A stretch of DNA of 41,764 nucleotides, taken from sequence record SRR22947727_1135; one strand, given 5' to 3'. The notes beneath the pieces are model-generated. The model saw only the letters and a list, made by a program, of their open reading frames with translations. It was not told where the DNA came from and searched no databases. The position numbers and the translations under genes are program-made. Positions 33,544 through 41,764 of this stretch are shown piece after piece; positions within the stretch are counted from its first letter, which is position 1, and each line of letters opens with the position of its first letter.

Positions 33544-33591
33544 ACACAATATGTTGTATTAATAGGCACTAAACCTTACACTATGTAGTGT
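33544..33591. promoter_or_regulatory. Tandem NrdR-box-like operators upstream of scpA
   Basis: ACACAATATGTTGTAT (33544-33559) and TTACACTATGTAGTGT (33576-33591) against the consensus acaCwAtATaTwGtgt: 14/16 and 12/16 matches, starts 32 bp apart. Confidence 0.65.
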
Positions 33592-33596
33592 TTATC

Positions 33597-34394
33597 ATGC
33601 AAAATACTACTCAAACACAATTAGAGTTTCCAACTGTCATGGGACAGCCCTACGAAGTAATTCCAGATGATTTATTTATACCTCCAAACGCTTTAGAGCT
33701 TTGTTTAGAGACTTTTTCAGGTCCAATGGACCTGCTTTTGTATTTAATCAAAAAAGAGAATATTAATATTCTAGACTTAGATGTCTCAAACATTACAGAT
33801 CAATATATAGAATACATTAATTTAATGGATGCCTTGCAATTTGAATTAGCGGCAGAATATCTAGTTATGGCTGCTACATTAGCAGAAATAAAATCTAGAA
33901 TGATGCTGCCGCAAGAAATTCATGAGGAAGAAGAAGAAGATCCTAAATCCGCGTTAATTAAAAGGCTTCAAGAATATCAAAGATATAAAAGTGCCTCTGA
34001 AAAATTAGCTATTTTACCAAGAATTGATAGAGATTTTTTCACTGCTTCAGCAAAATTACCAGATTTAAAAATTGAAAAAAAAGATTTTAAAATTACAAAA
34101 GATGAACTAATTGCTATTTATCATGAAATAAAAAATAGACCAGATTTAAAATTAAATCATCAAATTGACTTTGAGGAACTATCAACTCAAGAAAGAATTC
34201 AGATAATCCTCGATATCTTATCTAAGAGAAATATCATTAGTTTTTCAAAGACTCTAAGAAAATCAGAGGGTAGGCATGGTGTTGTAGTTACATTTTTAGC
34301 ATCACTAGAGCTTGCAAAAGATGGCCATGTTGAGTTGATTCAAAACAAAACTGAAGAAATTTTTCTTAAATCTAAAACTGGAGCAATAAGTTGA
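33597..34394 (+). CDS. scpA: Segregation and condensation protein A
   Basis: LETFSGPMDLLLYLI, AEYLVMAATLAEIKSRMMLP, VVTFLASLELAK. ATG at 33597 or GTG at 33588. Confidence 0.94.
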   Translation: MQNTTQTQLEFPTVMGQPYEVIPDDLFIPPNALELCLETFSGPMDLLLYLIKKENINILDLDVSNITDQYIEYINLMDALQFELAAEYLVMAATLAEIKSRMMLPQEIHEEEEEDPKSALIKRLQEYQRYKSASEKLAILPRIDRDFFTASAKLPDLKIEKKDFKITKDELIAIYHEIKNRPDLKLNHQIDFEELSTQERIQIILDILSKRNIISFSKTLRKSEGRHGVVVTFLASLELAKDGHVELIQNKTEEIFLKSKTGAIS

Positions 34395-34960
34395 ATATTA
34401 AATTAATTAATACAGTAGAAGCTTTGTTATTTGGAGCGGGACGACCATTAAGAATATCTGAAATAAGAAGTTTATTAGAATTAGAAGGCCTCGTTGCTGA
34501 ATTATCAGATATTAAGAAATGTTTAAACGAGCTTGAAATGAGATATATAGAATCATCTCTTGAAATTTCTGAAATAGCATCCGGTTATAGGCTTCAAATT
34601 AAATCTGCTTTCAGTCCAGCCCTTACTCATTTATGGAATGAGAAAACTCCTAGAATTTCAAAGGCTCTTATGGAAACTATATCTATTATTGCATATAAAC
34701 AACCTGTTACCAGAGGCGATATCGAAGATATAAGAGGAGTAAGTGTTAGCACGCAAAGCATAAGATCTTTACTTGAAAGAAATTGGATAAAAGTATCAGG
34801 TTTCAAAGATGCTCCTGGAAGACCTGCGCTTTACTCAACAACAAAAGAATTTCTAGATGATTTAAACATGAAGAATTTATCAGACCTTCCAGATTTACCA
34901 GAGTCTGTTGAAACTAAAGACGTTTCTATGGAAGATCAATCCATGTCACAAGCAATCTAG
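34391..34960 (+). CDS. scpB: Segregation and condensation protein B
   Basis: EALLF, ETISIIAYKQPVTRGDIEDIRGV, PGRPALYSTTKEFL. Confidence 0.95.
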   Translation: MNIKLINTVEALLFGAGRPLRISEIRSLLELEGLVAELSDIKKCLNELEMRYIESSLEISEIASGYRLQIKSAFSPALTHLWNEKTPRISKALMETISIIAYKQPVTRGDIEDIRGVSVSTQSIRSLLERNWIKVSGFKDAPGRPALYSTTKEFLDDLNMKNLSDLPDLPESVETKDVSMEDQSMSQAI

Positions 34961-34973
34961 CTCTTTTATTTAA

Positions 34974-35699
34974 ATGTCAGAAAGGCTTCAAAAATTTTTA
35001 GCCCAAGCAGGTATTGGATCAAGAAGAGGTTGCGAAAATTTTATTAAGGAAGGAAGGGTTACAGTAAATGGAAGTGTAGCAAAACTTGGTACAAAAGTTT
35101 CTAATGAAGATGTAGTTGAGTTTGATAATAAAGTTATTGAACTAAAAGAGGTAGATATCAAGCTTATCGCTCTTAATAAACCAGAAGGCGTTTTATCATC
35201 AACAGCTAGAGAGAAAAAAATTCCAATCGTTTATGATTACTTGCCTAACTATGCTAATCAAAGAAATTGGATATCAATAGGCAGACTTGATATCAACACC
35301 TCAGGGCTTATGTTATTTACTAATGATGGAAGCTTTGCAAACTATTGTATGCATCCATCTAACACAATCGATAGAGAGTATTTGGTTAGAGCGAGAGGCA
35401 ATTTTTCAATTGAGAAAAAAAATGAAATGCTGAAGGGTATTATTATTGATGGTGAAAAGCATCAGTTTACCGATGTGGTAGAAGGAGAAAAAGTCGGAAG
35501 CAATCAATGGTTTTCAGTATGCTTGGTAAGCGGTAAAAATAGGGAAGTTAGAAAGATTTTTCAATCTCTAGATCTTGAGGTGAGTAGACTAAAGAGAACT
35601 CGGTTTGGTCCTATCTTTTTACCTTCAACTTTAAAAAAAGGTAAAACAATAGAGTTAACTCAAAAGGAAATAAGTGAATTAAAAAATTATGGCAAATGA
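34974..35699 (+). CDS. rluB: 23S rRNA pseudouridine synthase (RluB/RsuA family)
   Basis: S4 domain ERLQKFLAQAGIGSRR, GRLDINTSGL, GKNREVRK; scpAB-rluB context. Confidence 0.9.
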   Translation: MSERLQKFLAQAGIGSRRGCENFIKEGRVTVNGSVAKLGTKVSNEDVVEFDNKVIELKEVDIKLIALNKPEGVLSSTAREKKIPIVYDYLPNYANQRNWISIGRLDINTSGLMLFTNDGSFANYCMHPSNTIDREYLVRARGNFSIEKKNEMLKGIIIDGEKHQFTDVVEGEKVGSNQWFSVCLVSGKNREVRKIFQSLDLEVSRLKRTRFGPIFLPSTLKKGKTIELTQKEISELKNYGK

Positions 35700-36294
35700 T
35701 TCCAAATCAACACAAGTCCATAAACTCTTTCTAAAAATTTCTAAACAAAATAAACATAAAGAATTTTATAACTATTTAAAGACGACTAAAATAATAAATA
35801 TTGATTCACGTCTTAATAAAGACATCAGCCTTCAATTTTTTATTATTAAAACAATAATTGGGCAACAGGTTTCAGTAAGCGCAGCAAGATCTATTTGGAA
35901 AAAAGTTGAGATTTTTTTAGAAAATAAAAATAATAATATTTCATTAAAGGCTTTGGCTAATTGCGGCCTATCTAGACCAAAAGCAAAATACATACATGGA
36001 GTTATAAATAATGAGGAACTGCAATTAACGTCTAAGAGGACATTACAAACAATGCAAGACCAGGAATTGTCTGAATTTTTTTTAAAAATAAAAGGTATTG
36101 GCCCATGGACTTTGGGCATTATTAAAATGTTTTATTTGGGCCACTCAGATACATACTTAAGTGAAGATCTTGGAGTAAAAAAAGGAGCATTATATTTTTT
36201 TAAGGATAGTAAATATATGGGTGAAGATTATTCACCATATAAAACATATTTATGTCTATATCTATGGCAGAGCCTAAGTACTAATCTTGATTAA
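35689..36294 (+). CDS. alkA: DNA-3-methyladenine glycosylase II family (HhH-GPD)
   Basis: IIGQQVSVSAA, GLSRPKAKYI, IKGIGPWT, EDLGV, PYKTY...YLW. Confidence 0.8.
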   Translation: MANDSKSTQVHKLFLKISKQNKHKEFYNYLKTTKIINIDSRLNKDISLQFFIIKTIIGQQVSVSAARSIWKKVEIFLENKNNNISLKALANCGLSRPKAKYIHGVINNEELQLTSKRTLQTMQDQELSEFFLKIKGIGPWTLGIIKMFYLGHSDTYLSEDLGVKKGALYFFKDSKYMGEDYSPYKTYLCLYLWQSLSTNLD

Positions 36295-37030
36295 ATTCAA
36301 TGTATCTATTGTTAGTATGATTGCTAAAATCAGATAACATCCATAAATAATAATCCATTAATGATGATGCATCTTTGAGAGACCTGGGGTCCTCTGCTGG
36401 ATAGGCAAAAGCTCTCATAGAGGTTCGTGTTGCTCCTGGATCAAAATTGAAAACTTTAATATTTGAGATAGGCTCTAATTCATCTTGTAATATTTCAGAC
36501 ATAGATTTGATTGCTGTTTTGGATACAGCATATGCACCCCAAAAAGCTCTGCCTTTTTTTACTACCCCAGATGATGTAAATATTATTCTTGGATTTGTTG
36601 ATTGCTCCATCATTGGTGAAAGAAATTTAGTTAATAAATATGAGCTTGTAAGATTTGTTTGTATTACTTTATTCCAGGTAATCAGGTCATAATCAATCAT
36701 CGAAGCCATTTTTCCCAATATAGCTGCGTTATGTATTAATCCATCCAAGCATGAAATATTTTCAGATAAAACATTTGCTATTTCTTGCGCTTTATTCTCA
36801 TCTAAATCATTAAGATCACATTTAATAATCATTGGAGACGTCTTGTGAGTATTTACAATTTCGTCGTAGAGAGCATCTAAATTATTTTCATCTCTAGCTA
36901 ATAAAACTACATTTGCACCATATTTACTTAAAGACATAGCAACTTCTCTGCCAATACCTTTTGATGCTCCAGTAATTAATATATTTTTTTCAGCTAAAAA
37001 ATTTTTTTCATAAGAATTTTTTATCTTCAT
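36281..37030 (-). CDS. yciK: YciK-family short-chain dehydrogenase
   Basis: TGASKGIG, HNAAILG, GRAFWGAYAVSK, PGATRTSMRAFAYPAED. Confidence 0.9.
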   Translation of the reverse strand: MKIKNSYEKNFLAEKNILITGASKGIGREVAMSLSKYGANVVLLARDENNLDALYDEIVNTHKTSPMIIKCDLNDLDENKAQEIANVLSENISCLDGLIHNAAILGKMASMIDYDLITWNKVIQTNLTSSYLLTKFLSPMMEQSTNPRIIFTSSGVVKKGRAFWGAYAVSKTAIKSMSEILQDELEPISNIKVFNFDPGATRTSMRAFAYPAEDPRSLKDASSLMDYYLWMLSDFSNHTNNRYIEFNQD

Positions 37031-37692
37031 ATGCTTTTTAGTGCGTCAATTATTTGAGAGGCCTCTTTAACAATAACTGAGTCTTTATAATTTTTATCTT
37101 TGGATAAGCTGTAGCCATATAAACAACCAATGGTTTTTGTACCTGCTCTTTTTCCAGCTATTAAATCATTTGGATGATCTCCGACATAGACTGTGTGGCT
37201 TGGACTCACTCCAATTTTTTTACATGCTAACAATATCCCCTCTGGACTAGGCTTGCTCTCTTTTAGATGATCAGGGCATATCAATACTTTTGAGTCTGAC
37301 AATTCTTTGAAATAACTTACAAGCGGGAGTGCATAGTCATATGGCTTATTGGTTACGATTCCAAAAGCAATATCAGAGTCTTTTAAATAATTTATAACTG
37401 AATCTATCCCATCAAATACTACAGATTTATTTATTAAATTATTTTTATACTCTTGCAAGAATTCGTTTCTATATGTCTGGAAATTTGGATCACCTTGAGT
37501 AATTTCAAAACCAATTTCTGTGAATTTGGCAGAGCCTTCTGAAACAAAAGACCTAATACGATCAAAATTCAAAACATCTCTACCATATTTTTTAAGAATA
37601 TTATTTAGAGATATTACAAAATCTGGAGCGGTATCAACAAGAGTGCCATCTAGATCAAATAAGACTAATTTCGTATTAAGACTTTTTGGCAT
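37027..37692 (-). CDS. HAD-IA phosphatase (phosphoglycolate phosphatase / MupP-like)
   Basis: FDLDGTLVDTAPD, VTNKP, KPSP, YVGDHPND; the ubiG-HAD-yciK order matches the Pseudomonas mupP locus. Confidence 0.88.
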   Translation of the reverse strand: MPKSLNTKLVLFDLDGTLVDTAPDFVISLNNILKKYGRDVLNFDRIRSFVSEGSAKFTEIGFEITQGDPNFQTYRNEFLQEYKNNLINKSVVFDGIDSVINYLKDSDIAFGIVTNKPYDYALPLVSYFKELSDSKVLICPDHLKESKPSPEGILLACKKIGVSPSHTVYVGDHPNDLIAGKRAGTKTIGCLYGYSLSKDKNYKDSVIVKEASQIIDALKSI

Positions 37693-38368
37693 ACATTAAA
37701 TAATTTACACCTAAATCATTATTCAGATGAGCTTTGTGTGTGATTGGGTTATAAAACATTCCTTTTGACTCTATTAATTCTGCAGACCCTCTTCTAATAA
37801 AAGATCCAAGGGAAGAGGGTTTGATAAATTTATTAAATTCATGAGTTCCTTTTGGAAGAATATTAAATATATACTCAGCACCAACAATTGCTGTTATCCA
37901 TGACCTTGGATTTTTATTTATAGTTGATAAAAATAAATCTCCTTCTGACTTTAAAAGATTGATGCATGTATGCACTAATAATTCAGGGTCTGGAACATGT
38001 TCTAAAACCTCTAAACAAGTAACAATATCAAATTTTTCTTCCGAGCTATTTAGCAAGTCTTCAGCTGTCGATTCCATATAATTAATAGATTTATTATTAT
38101 CTTGTGCATGAAGTTTGGCTATCTCTATTCCAGGACCAGCTGCATCAATTCCTGTAACAATTGCTCCAGCGTCGCTCAAAGCTTCAGCCAGAATTCCTCC
38201 GCCACACCCAACATCTAGAATTTTCTTTCCGGTAAGATCAACTTTGCTTGCAATATAATTTGCTCTCAAAGGGTTTATTACATGAAGAGGTTTAAAGTCT
38301 CCAGACTTATCCCACCATTTTTCTGCAAGTTCTGAAAATTTCTGAACTTCCTGTTGATCAATATTCAT
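37676..38368 (-). CDS. ubiG: Ubiquinone biosynthesis O-methyltransferase
   Basis: EVQKFS..WWD..GDFKPLH.INPLR, LDVGCGGG, LEHVPDP, AEYIFNILPKGTH. Confidence 0.96.
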   Translation of the reverse strand: MNIDQQEVQKFSELAEKWWDKSGDFKPLHVINPLRANYIASKVDLTGKKILDVGCGGGILAEALSDAGAIVTGIDAAGPGIEIAKLHAQDNNKSINYMESTAEDLLNSSEEKFDIVTCLEVLEHVPDPELLVHTCINLLKSEGDLFLSTINKNPRSWITAIVGAEYIFNILPKGTHEFNKFIKPSSLGSFIRRGSAELIESKGMFYNPITHKAHLNNDLGVNYLMYAKKS

Positions 38369-38423
38369 TGGGCAATTTTACATGTTATACATAGATTTAA
38401 ACATAGCCCAACAAACTAATTTT

Positions 38424-38440
38424 ATGTAGTAAAACTACAT
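38424..38440. promoter_or_regulatory. Perfect palindromic operator ATGTAGT-AAA-ACTACAT (HexR/RccR-type)
   Basis: 7-3-7 inverted repeat in the ubiG/pntAA divergent spacer, matching the TGTART-N3-AYTACA pattern of RpiR-family HexR/RccR sites. Confidence 0.65.
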
Positions 38441-38544
38441 TTATATATGTTATACAAATCAATAGATATATACGTTTTGTAATTAAATTGACTTTTTATT
38501 TCTATTGGGCTTTACTTCACTACAAATACAAACATTTATTTAAA

Positions 38545-39663
38545 GTGATCATTTCAGCATTAAAATCTAATGACCCAAAAGATCAAAGATCTCCTATCCA
38601 CATTGATACAGTCACAGCGTTAATTAATACTGGCGCAGACATTTTATTTGAAAAAGATATAGGTAGCGGAATTAACACATACGATCACGAGTTTGAAGAA
38701 TTAGGTTTAAAAGGAGCATCTCGTTCAGAGTGTATTTCAAAGTCTAATCTTTTAATTACAAACCAGCCTTTGCAACTTGAAGAATTATCTTTGATGCAAC
38801 CAGGCGCATCATTAATTGGCATGGTTAATCCATTTAGTAATCAAGAATTAATAAATGCTTGCGCAGATAGAAAAATTAATTTAGTAAGTATGGAATTTAT
38901 CCCAAGAATCACTAGAGCGCAAAAAATGGATGTCTTAAGTTCGCAGGCAAATTTAGCTGGGTATGCTGCTGTGATTGAATCAGCTAAGCATCTTTCAACA
39001 GCTTTACCAATGATGATGACAGCTGCTGGAACATTAAAGCCAGCTAGAGTATTTGTTATTGGGGTTGGGGTTGCAGGTCTTCAGGCAATTGCAACAGCCA
39101 AGAGATTGGGAGCAAGAGTAGATGCTTTTGATACAAGAGATGTTGTTGAAGAACAAGTAAACTCTCTCGGAGCTAAATTTGTAAAAATTGATTTAGGAGA
39201 AACGGGCCAGACTGATCAAGGTTATGCAAAAGAATTAACCCCTGAGCAAGTTCAAAAACAAAAAGATCTTCAATCTGATGTATGCGCAAGATCTGATATT
39301 GTAATTACGACTGCTCAACTATTTGGCAGGCCAGCTCCTCAATTAATAGATAACAATACTATTAAAAAAATGAAACCAGGCAGTGTAATTTTTGATATGG
39401 CAGTTGAATCAGGAGGGAATGTTGAAGGATCTATTGCTGATAAAGTTGTAATTAACAATGGCGTAAAGATTATTGGCATATCTAATTTAGCTTCTTCTGT
39501 TTCTAATCATGCTTCTTTAGCTTTATCCAATAATTACAATCACTGGATAACAGATTTTTATAACAAAGAAGAAAGTGTTATTAATTTTAATTTTGAAGAC
39601 GAAATTGTAAAAAGTAGCGTAATTGTATTTGATGGAAAGATACTTAGCGAGAGGTTTCAATAA
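38545..39663 (+). CDS. pntAA: NAD(P) transhydrogenase alpha subunit, part 1 (domain I)
   Basis: PRITRAQKMDVLSSQANLAGY, GVGVAGLQA, GYAKE, DMAVESGGN. GTG at 38545 is the likely start. Confidence 0.94.
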   Translation: MIISALKSNDPKDQRSPIHIDTVTALINTGADILFEKDIGSGINTYDHEFEELGLKGASRSECISKSNLLITNQPLQLEELSLMQPGASLIGMVNPFSNQELINACADRKINLVSMEFIPRITRAQKMDVLSSQANLAGYAAVIESAKHLSTALPMMMTAAGTLKPARVFVIGVGVAGLQAIATAKRLGARVDAFDTRDVVEEQVNSLGAKFVKIDLGETGQTDQGYAKELTPEQVQKQKDLQSDVCARSDIVITTAQLFGRPAPQLIDNNTIKKMKPGSVIFDMAVESGGNVEGSIADKVVINNGVKIIGISNLASSVSNHASLALSNNYNHWITDFYNKEESVINFNFEDEIVKSSVIVFDGKILSERFQ

Positions 39664-39664
39664 T

Positions 39665-39937
39665 ATGGAGATATATACTTTACTAGGATTCGTTCTAATA
39701 TTATCTATTTACTTAGGTTTAGAGTTGATATCAAAAGTACCGAGCACTCTTCACACACCTTTAATGTCTGGAGCAAATGCTATATCTGGCATTGCCTTAG
39801 TTGGAGCATTAGTCTTATCAACAGACTCTAACCTTCAGAGCTCTATCGCTTTTTTAGCTGTTCTTTTTGCTTCAATAAATGTTTTTGGTGGTTATCTAGT
39901 TACAAACAGAATGTTAAAAATGTTTAAGAAGAAATAA
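39665..39937 (+). CDS. pntAB: NAD(P) transhydrogenase alpha subunit, part 2 (membrane)
   Basis: LHTPLMSGANAISG, INVFGGYLVTNRMLKMF; ATG at 39665 just after the pntAA stop. Confidence 0.93.
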   Translation: MEIYTLLGFVLILSIYLGLELISKVPSTLHTPLMSGANAISGIALVGALVLSTDSNLQSSIAFLAVLFASINVFGGYLVTNRMLKMFKKK

Positions 39938-39939
39938 GT

Positions 39940-41322
39940 ATGGATATTTTTAACGACATAACTGCAATTCAAAATATCACATATGTTGTTGCATCTATTT
40001 TGTTCATTTCTGGTATAAAAATGCTAGGCAAAGAAGATACTGCAGTAAAAGGTAACTTTTTATCAGCCTTAGCAATGTTTATTGCTGTTTCAGTCACGGT
40101 AGTGGATATAGTTAACCCAATGGTCTTGATTGGAGGCATAGCACTTGGTGCTGTTATTGGATCAACAATAGCTTTAAAAGTGAAAATGACTTCCATACCT
40201 GAAATGGTTGCTTTATTTAATGGCTTCGGTGGCTTGGCTACCTTCTTGATTGCTTGGTCTGAGTTTAATTCTGTACCAGATAATTTATTCCAACATATTT
40301 TGGTAATGACAACTTTATATATTGGCGGCGTAACTTTTACAGGAAGTCTTGTTGCTTATGCAAAATTATCTGAGAAGATAAAAATAGCAAAAACTTCAAT
40401 AATTACAAAAATATTCACGACTATTTTTTATATTTCATTAGCCTTTTTATTATATTCAATATTCGTAACTCCTTTTATAGCTACAAGCTTTGATTTTTTT
40501 ACTATATTGCTAGTTTTGACTCTTTTGGGGGGTATTGGTTTTGTTCTTCCAATTGGCGGTGGAGATATGCCAGTTGTAATTTCTTTACTAAATTCCTTTT
40601 CAGGAATCGCAGCGGCTTTTGCTGGCCTACTCTTATTAAATAATGTCTTAATTGTTGCTGGATCTCTTGTTGGCGCAAGCGGTCTTATTTTGACTGTAAT
40701 AATGGCAAAAGCAATGAACAGATCTATAAATAATATTTTATTTGTTGGTTATGCAAGCTCTTCTTCCAAAAGTTCATCATCTGAAGATCAGGGTGATGTT
40801 AGCCCTATAAGCGTTTCTGATGCTTATTTAATTCTAGAGAGCGCAAGTTCAGTCTTAATTATTCCTGGGTATGGTATGGCGGTTGCTCAAGCTCAACATG
40901 TTGTTAGAGAACTAGGTGAATTACTGGAAGAAAATGGAACTGAAGTTAAATATGGGATCCATCCTGTAGCTGGAAGAATGCCAGGTCATATGAATGTTCT
41001 TCTGGCTGAAGCTAATGTTCCTTATGATGTTCTGGCTGAGCCTGATGACATTAACCCTATAATGGATTCAGTTGATGTCGCAGTTGTAATAGGTGCTAAT
41101 GATGTTGTAAATCCATCGGCAACAGAGGAGCCCGGAAGCCCAATTTATGGCATGCCAATTATTGAAGTGCATAATGCAAAAACAGTATTTGTTCTAAAAA
41201 GATCAATGTCTGCAGGATTTGCAGGCGTACAAAATCCTTTATTTTTTAAACAAAATACCAGGATGTTATTTGGTGATGCCAAGGAATCAATCGGTGGCCT
41301 AGTTTCTGAATTTAAAGACTAA
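39940..41322 (+). CDS. pntB: NAD(P) transhydrogenase beta subunit
   Basis: GGGDMPVVISLLNS, PGYGMAVAQAQ, HPVAGRMPGHMNVLLAEA, GANDVVNP. Confidence 0.96.
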   Translation: MDIFNDITAIQNITYVVASILFISGIKMLGKEDTAVKGNFLSALAMFIAVSVTVVDIVNPMVLIGGIALGAVIGSTIALKVKMTSIPEMVALFNGFGGLATFLIAWSEFNSVPDNLFQHILVMTTLYIGGVTFTGSLVAYAKLSEKIKIAKTSIITKIFTTIFYISLAFLLYSIFVTPFIATSFDFFTILLVLTLLGGIGFVLPIGGGDMPVVISLLNSFSGIAAAFAGLLLLNNVLIVAGSLVGASGLILTVIMAKAMNRSINNILFVGYASSSSKSSSSEDQGDVSPISVSDAYLILESASSVLIIPGYGMAVAQAQHVVRELGELLEENGTEVKYGIHPVAGRMPGHMNVLLAEANVPYDVLAEPDDINPIMDSVDVAVVIGANDVVNPSATEEPGSPIYGMPIIEVHNAKTVFVLKRSMSAGFAGVQNPLFFKQNTRMLFGDAKESIGGLVSEFKD

Positions 41323-41392
41323 TATCTAGTCAAAATATGCTAAAATAATCCTTAAATTAAGGACCAATTTTTACTTCAAAAATCCATAGCAT

Positions 41393-41764
41393 ATGAGTGA
41401 CTTCGCAAAAGAAATAATACCAGTAAATATCGAGGATGAGCTCAAGCAATCCTATCTAAGTTATGCATTAAGTGTTATTCACGGACGGGCACTACCAGAT
41501 ATTAGAGATGGCTTAAAACCAGTACATAGAAGAATTTTATATGCGATGTATGATCTTAAAAATTCATACAACAAACCTTATAAAAAATCTGCAAGGGTTG
41601 TGGGTGATGTTATCGGTAAATATCATCCTCACGGAGACAGTGCTGTTTATGATGCCATGGTCAGAATGGCGCAAGATTTTTCAATGAGATATCCAATTGT
41701 TGAGGGTCAAGGAAATTTTGGATCTATTGACGGTGATCCTCCTGCTGCTATGAGATATACAGAA
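41393..41764 (+). CDS. gyrA: DNA gyrase subunit A, N-terminal fragment (runs off the window)
   Basis: My translation: [47 protein letters not shown]...[12 protein letters not shown]...[18 protein letters not shown]. Not in the ORF track. Confidence 0.95.
   Translation, partial: MSDFAKEIIPVNIEDELKQSYLSYALSVIHGRALPDIRDGLKPVHRRILYAMYDLKNSYNKPYKKSARVVGDVIGKYHPHGDSAVYDAMVRMAQDFSMRYPIVEGQGNFGSIDGDPPAAMRYTE

Noticed and set aside
33414-33596. AT-rich spacer as a candidate oriC or sRNA locus
   Set aside because: No cluster of DnaA boxes or stable terminated hairpin seen; it is explained as a divergent promoter region with NrdR-like boxes.
38488-38544. N-terminal extension of pntAA (and likewise 39623-39664 for pntAB, 21091-21132 for nth)
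   Set aside because: The extensions have no family similarity and cover promoter or neighbouring gene sequence.
38545-41322. Split pntA as a possible frameshift or pseudogene
   Set aside because: The three-gene pntAA-pntAB-pntB layout is a well-known natural arrangement.
41620-41660. GyrA quinolone-resistance region
   Set aside because: Reads [10 protein letters not shown], the wild-type-like Ser and Asp; no resistance substitution.

Overview
AT-rich, very densely packed bacterial chromosome segment with tiny or overlapping intergenic spacers. Gene content and order are gammaproteobacterial, and the streamlining suggests a marine oligotroph such as SAR86 (inference). It is mostly housekeeping: partial aroK, PBP1A, slmA, algC, ilvE, lpxL, waaA, PII, miaA-hflK-hflC-purA, glyA-nrdR-ribD-ribB-ribH-nusB, nth, thiolase-thiL-pgpA, xseB-ispA-dxs, an RND pump, aroG, scpA-scpB-rluB-alkA, ubiG-HAD phosphatase-yciK, pntAA-pntAB-pntB and partial gyrA. 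I saw no rRNA, tRNA, CRISPR or IS element. Highlights: (1) a four-gene cluster at 5510-9031 whose proteins resemble, by recalled motifs, the mycobacterial 3-O-methylmannose polysaccharide (MMP) enzymes ManT, MeT3, MmpH and MeT1, close to a phosphomannomutase; (2) a lambda O/P-derived dopC/dopE-like helicase-loader pair with a tandem DnaT-like repeat and a 101-nt overlap; (3) two NrdR-box-like sites 32 bp apart in front of scpAB; (4) an RND adaptor lacking the alpha-helical hairpin; (5) a HexR/RccR-type palindrome before pntAA; (6) repeated leaderless-promoter signatures, a probable inversion and several clean local gene losses (hfq-hflX, pilMNOPQ, riboflavin synthase). All family calls come from motif recognition, not database searches.
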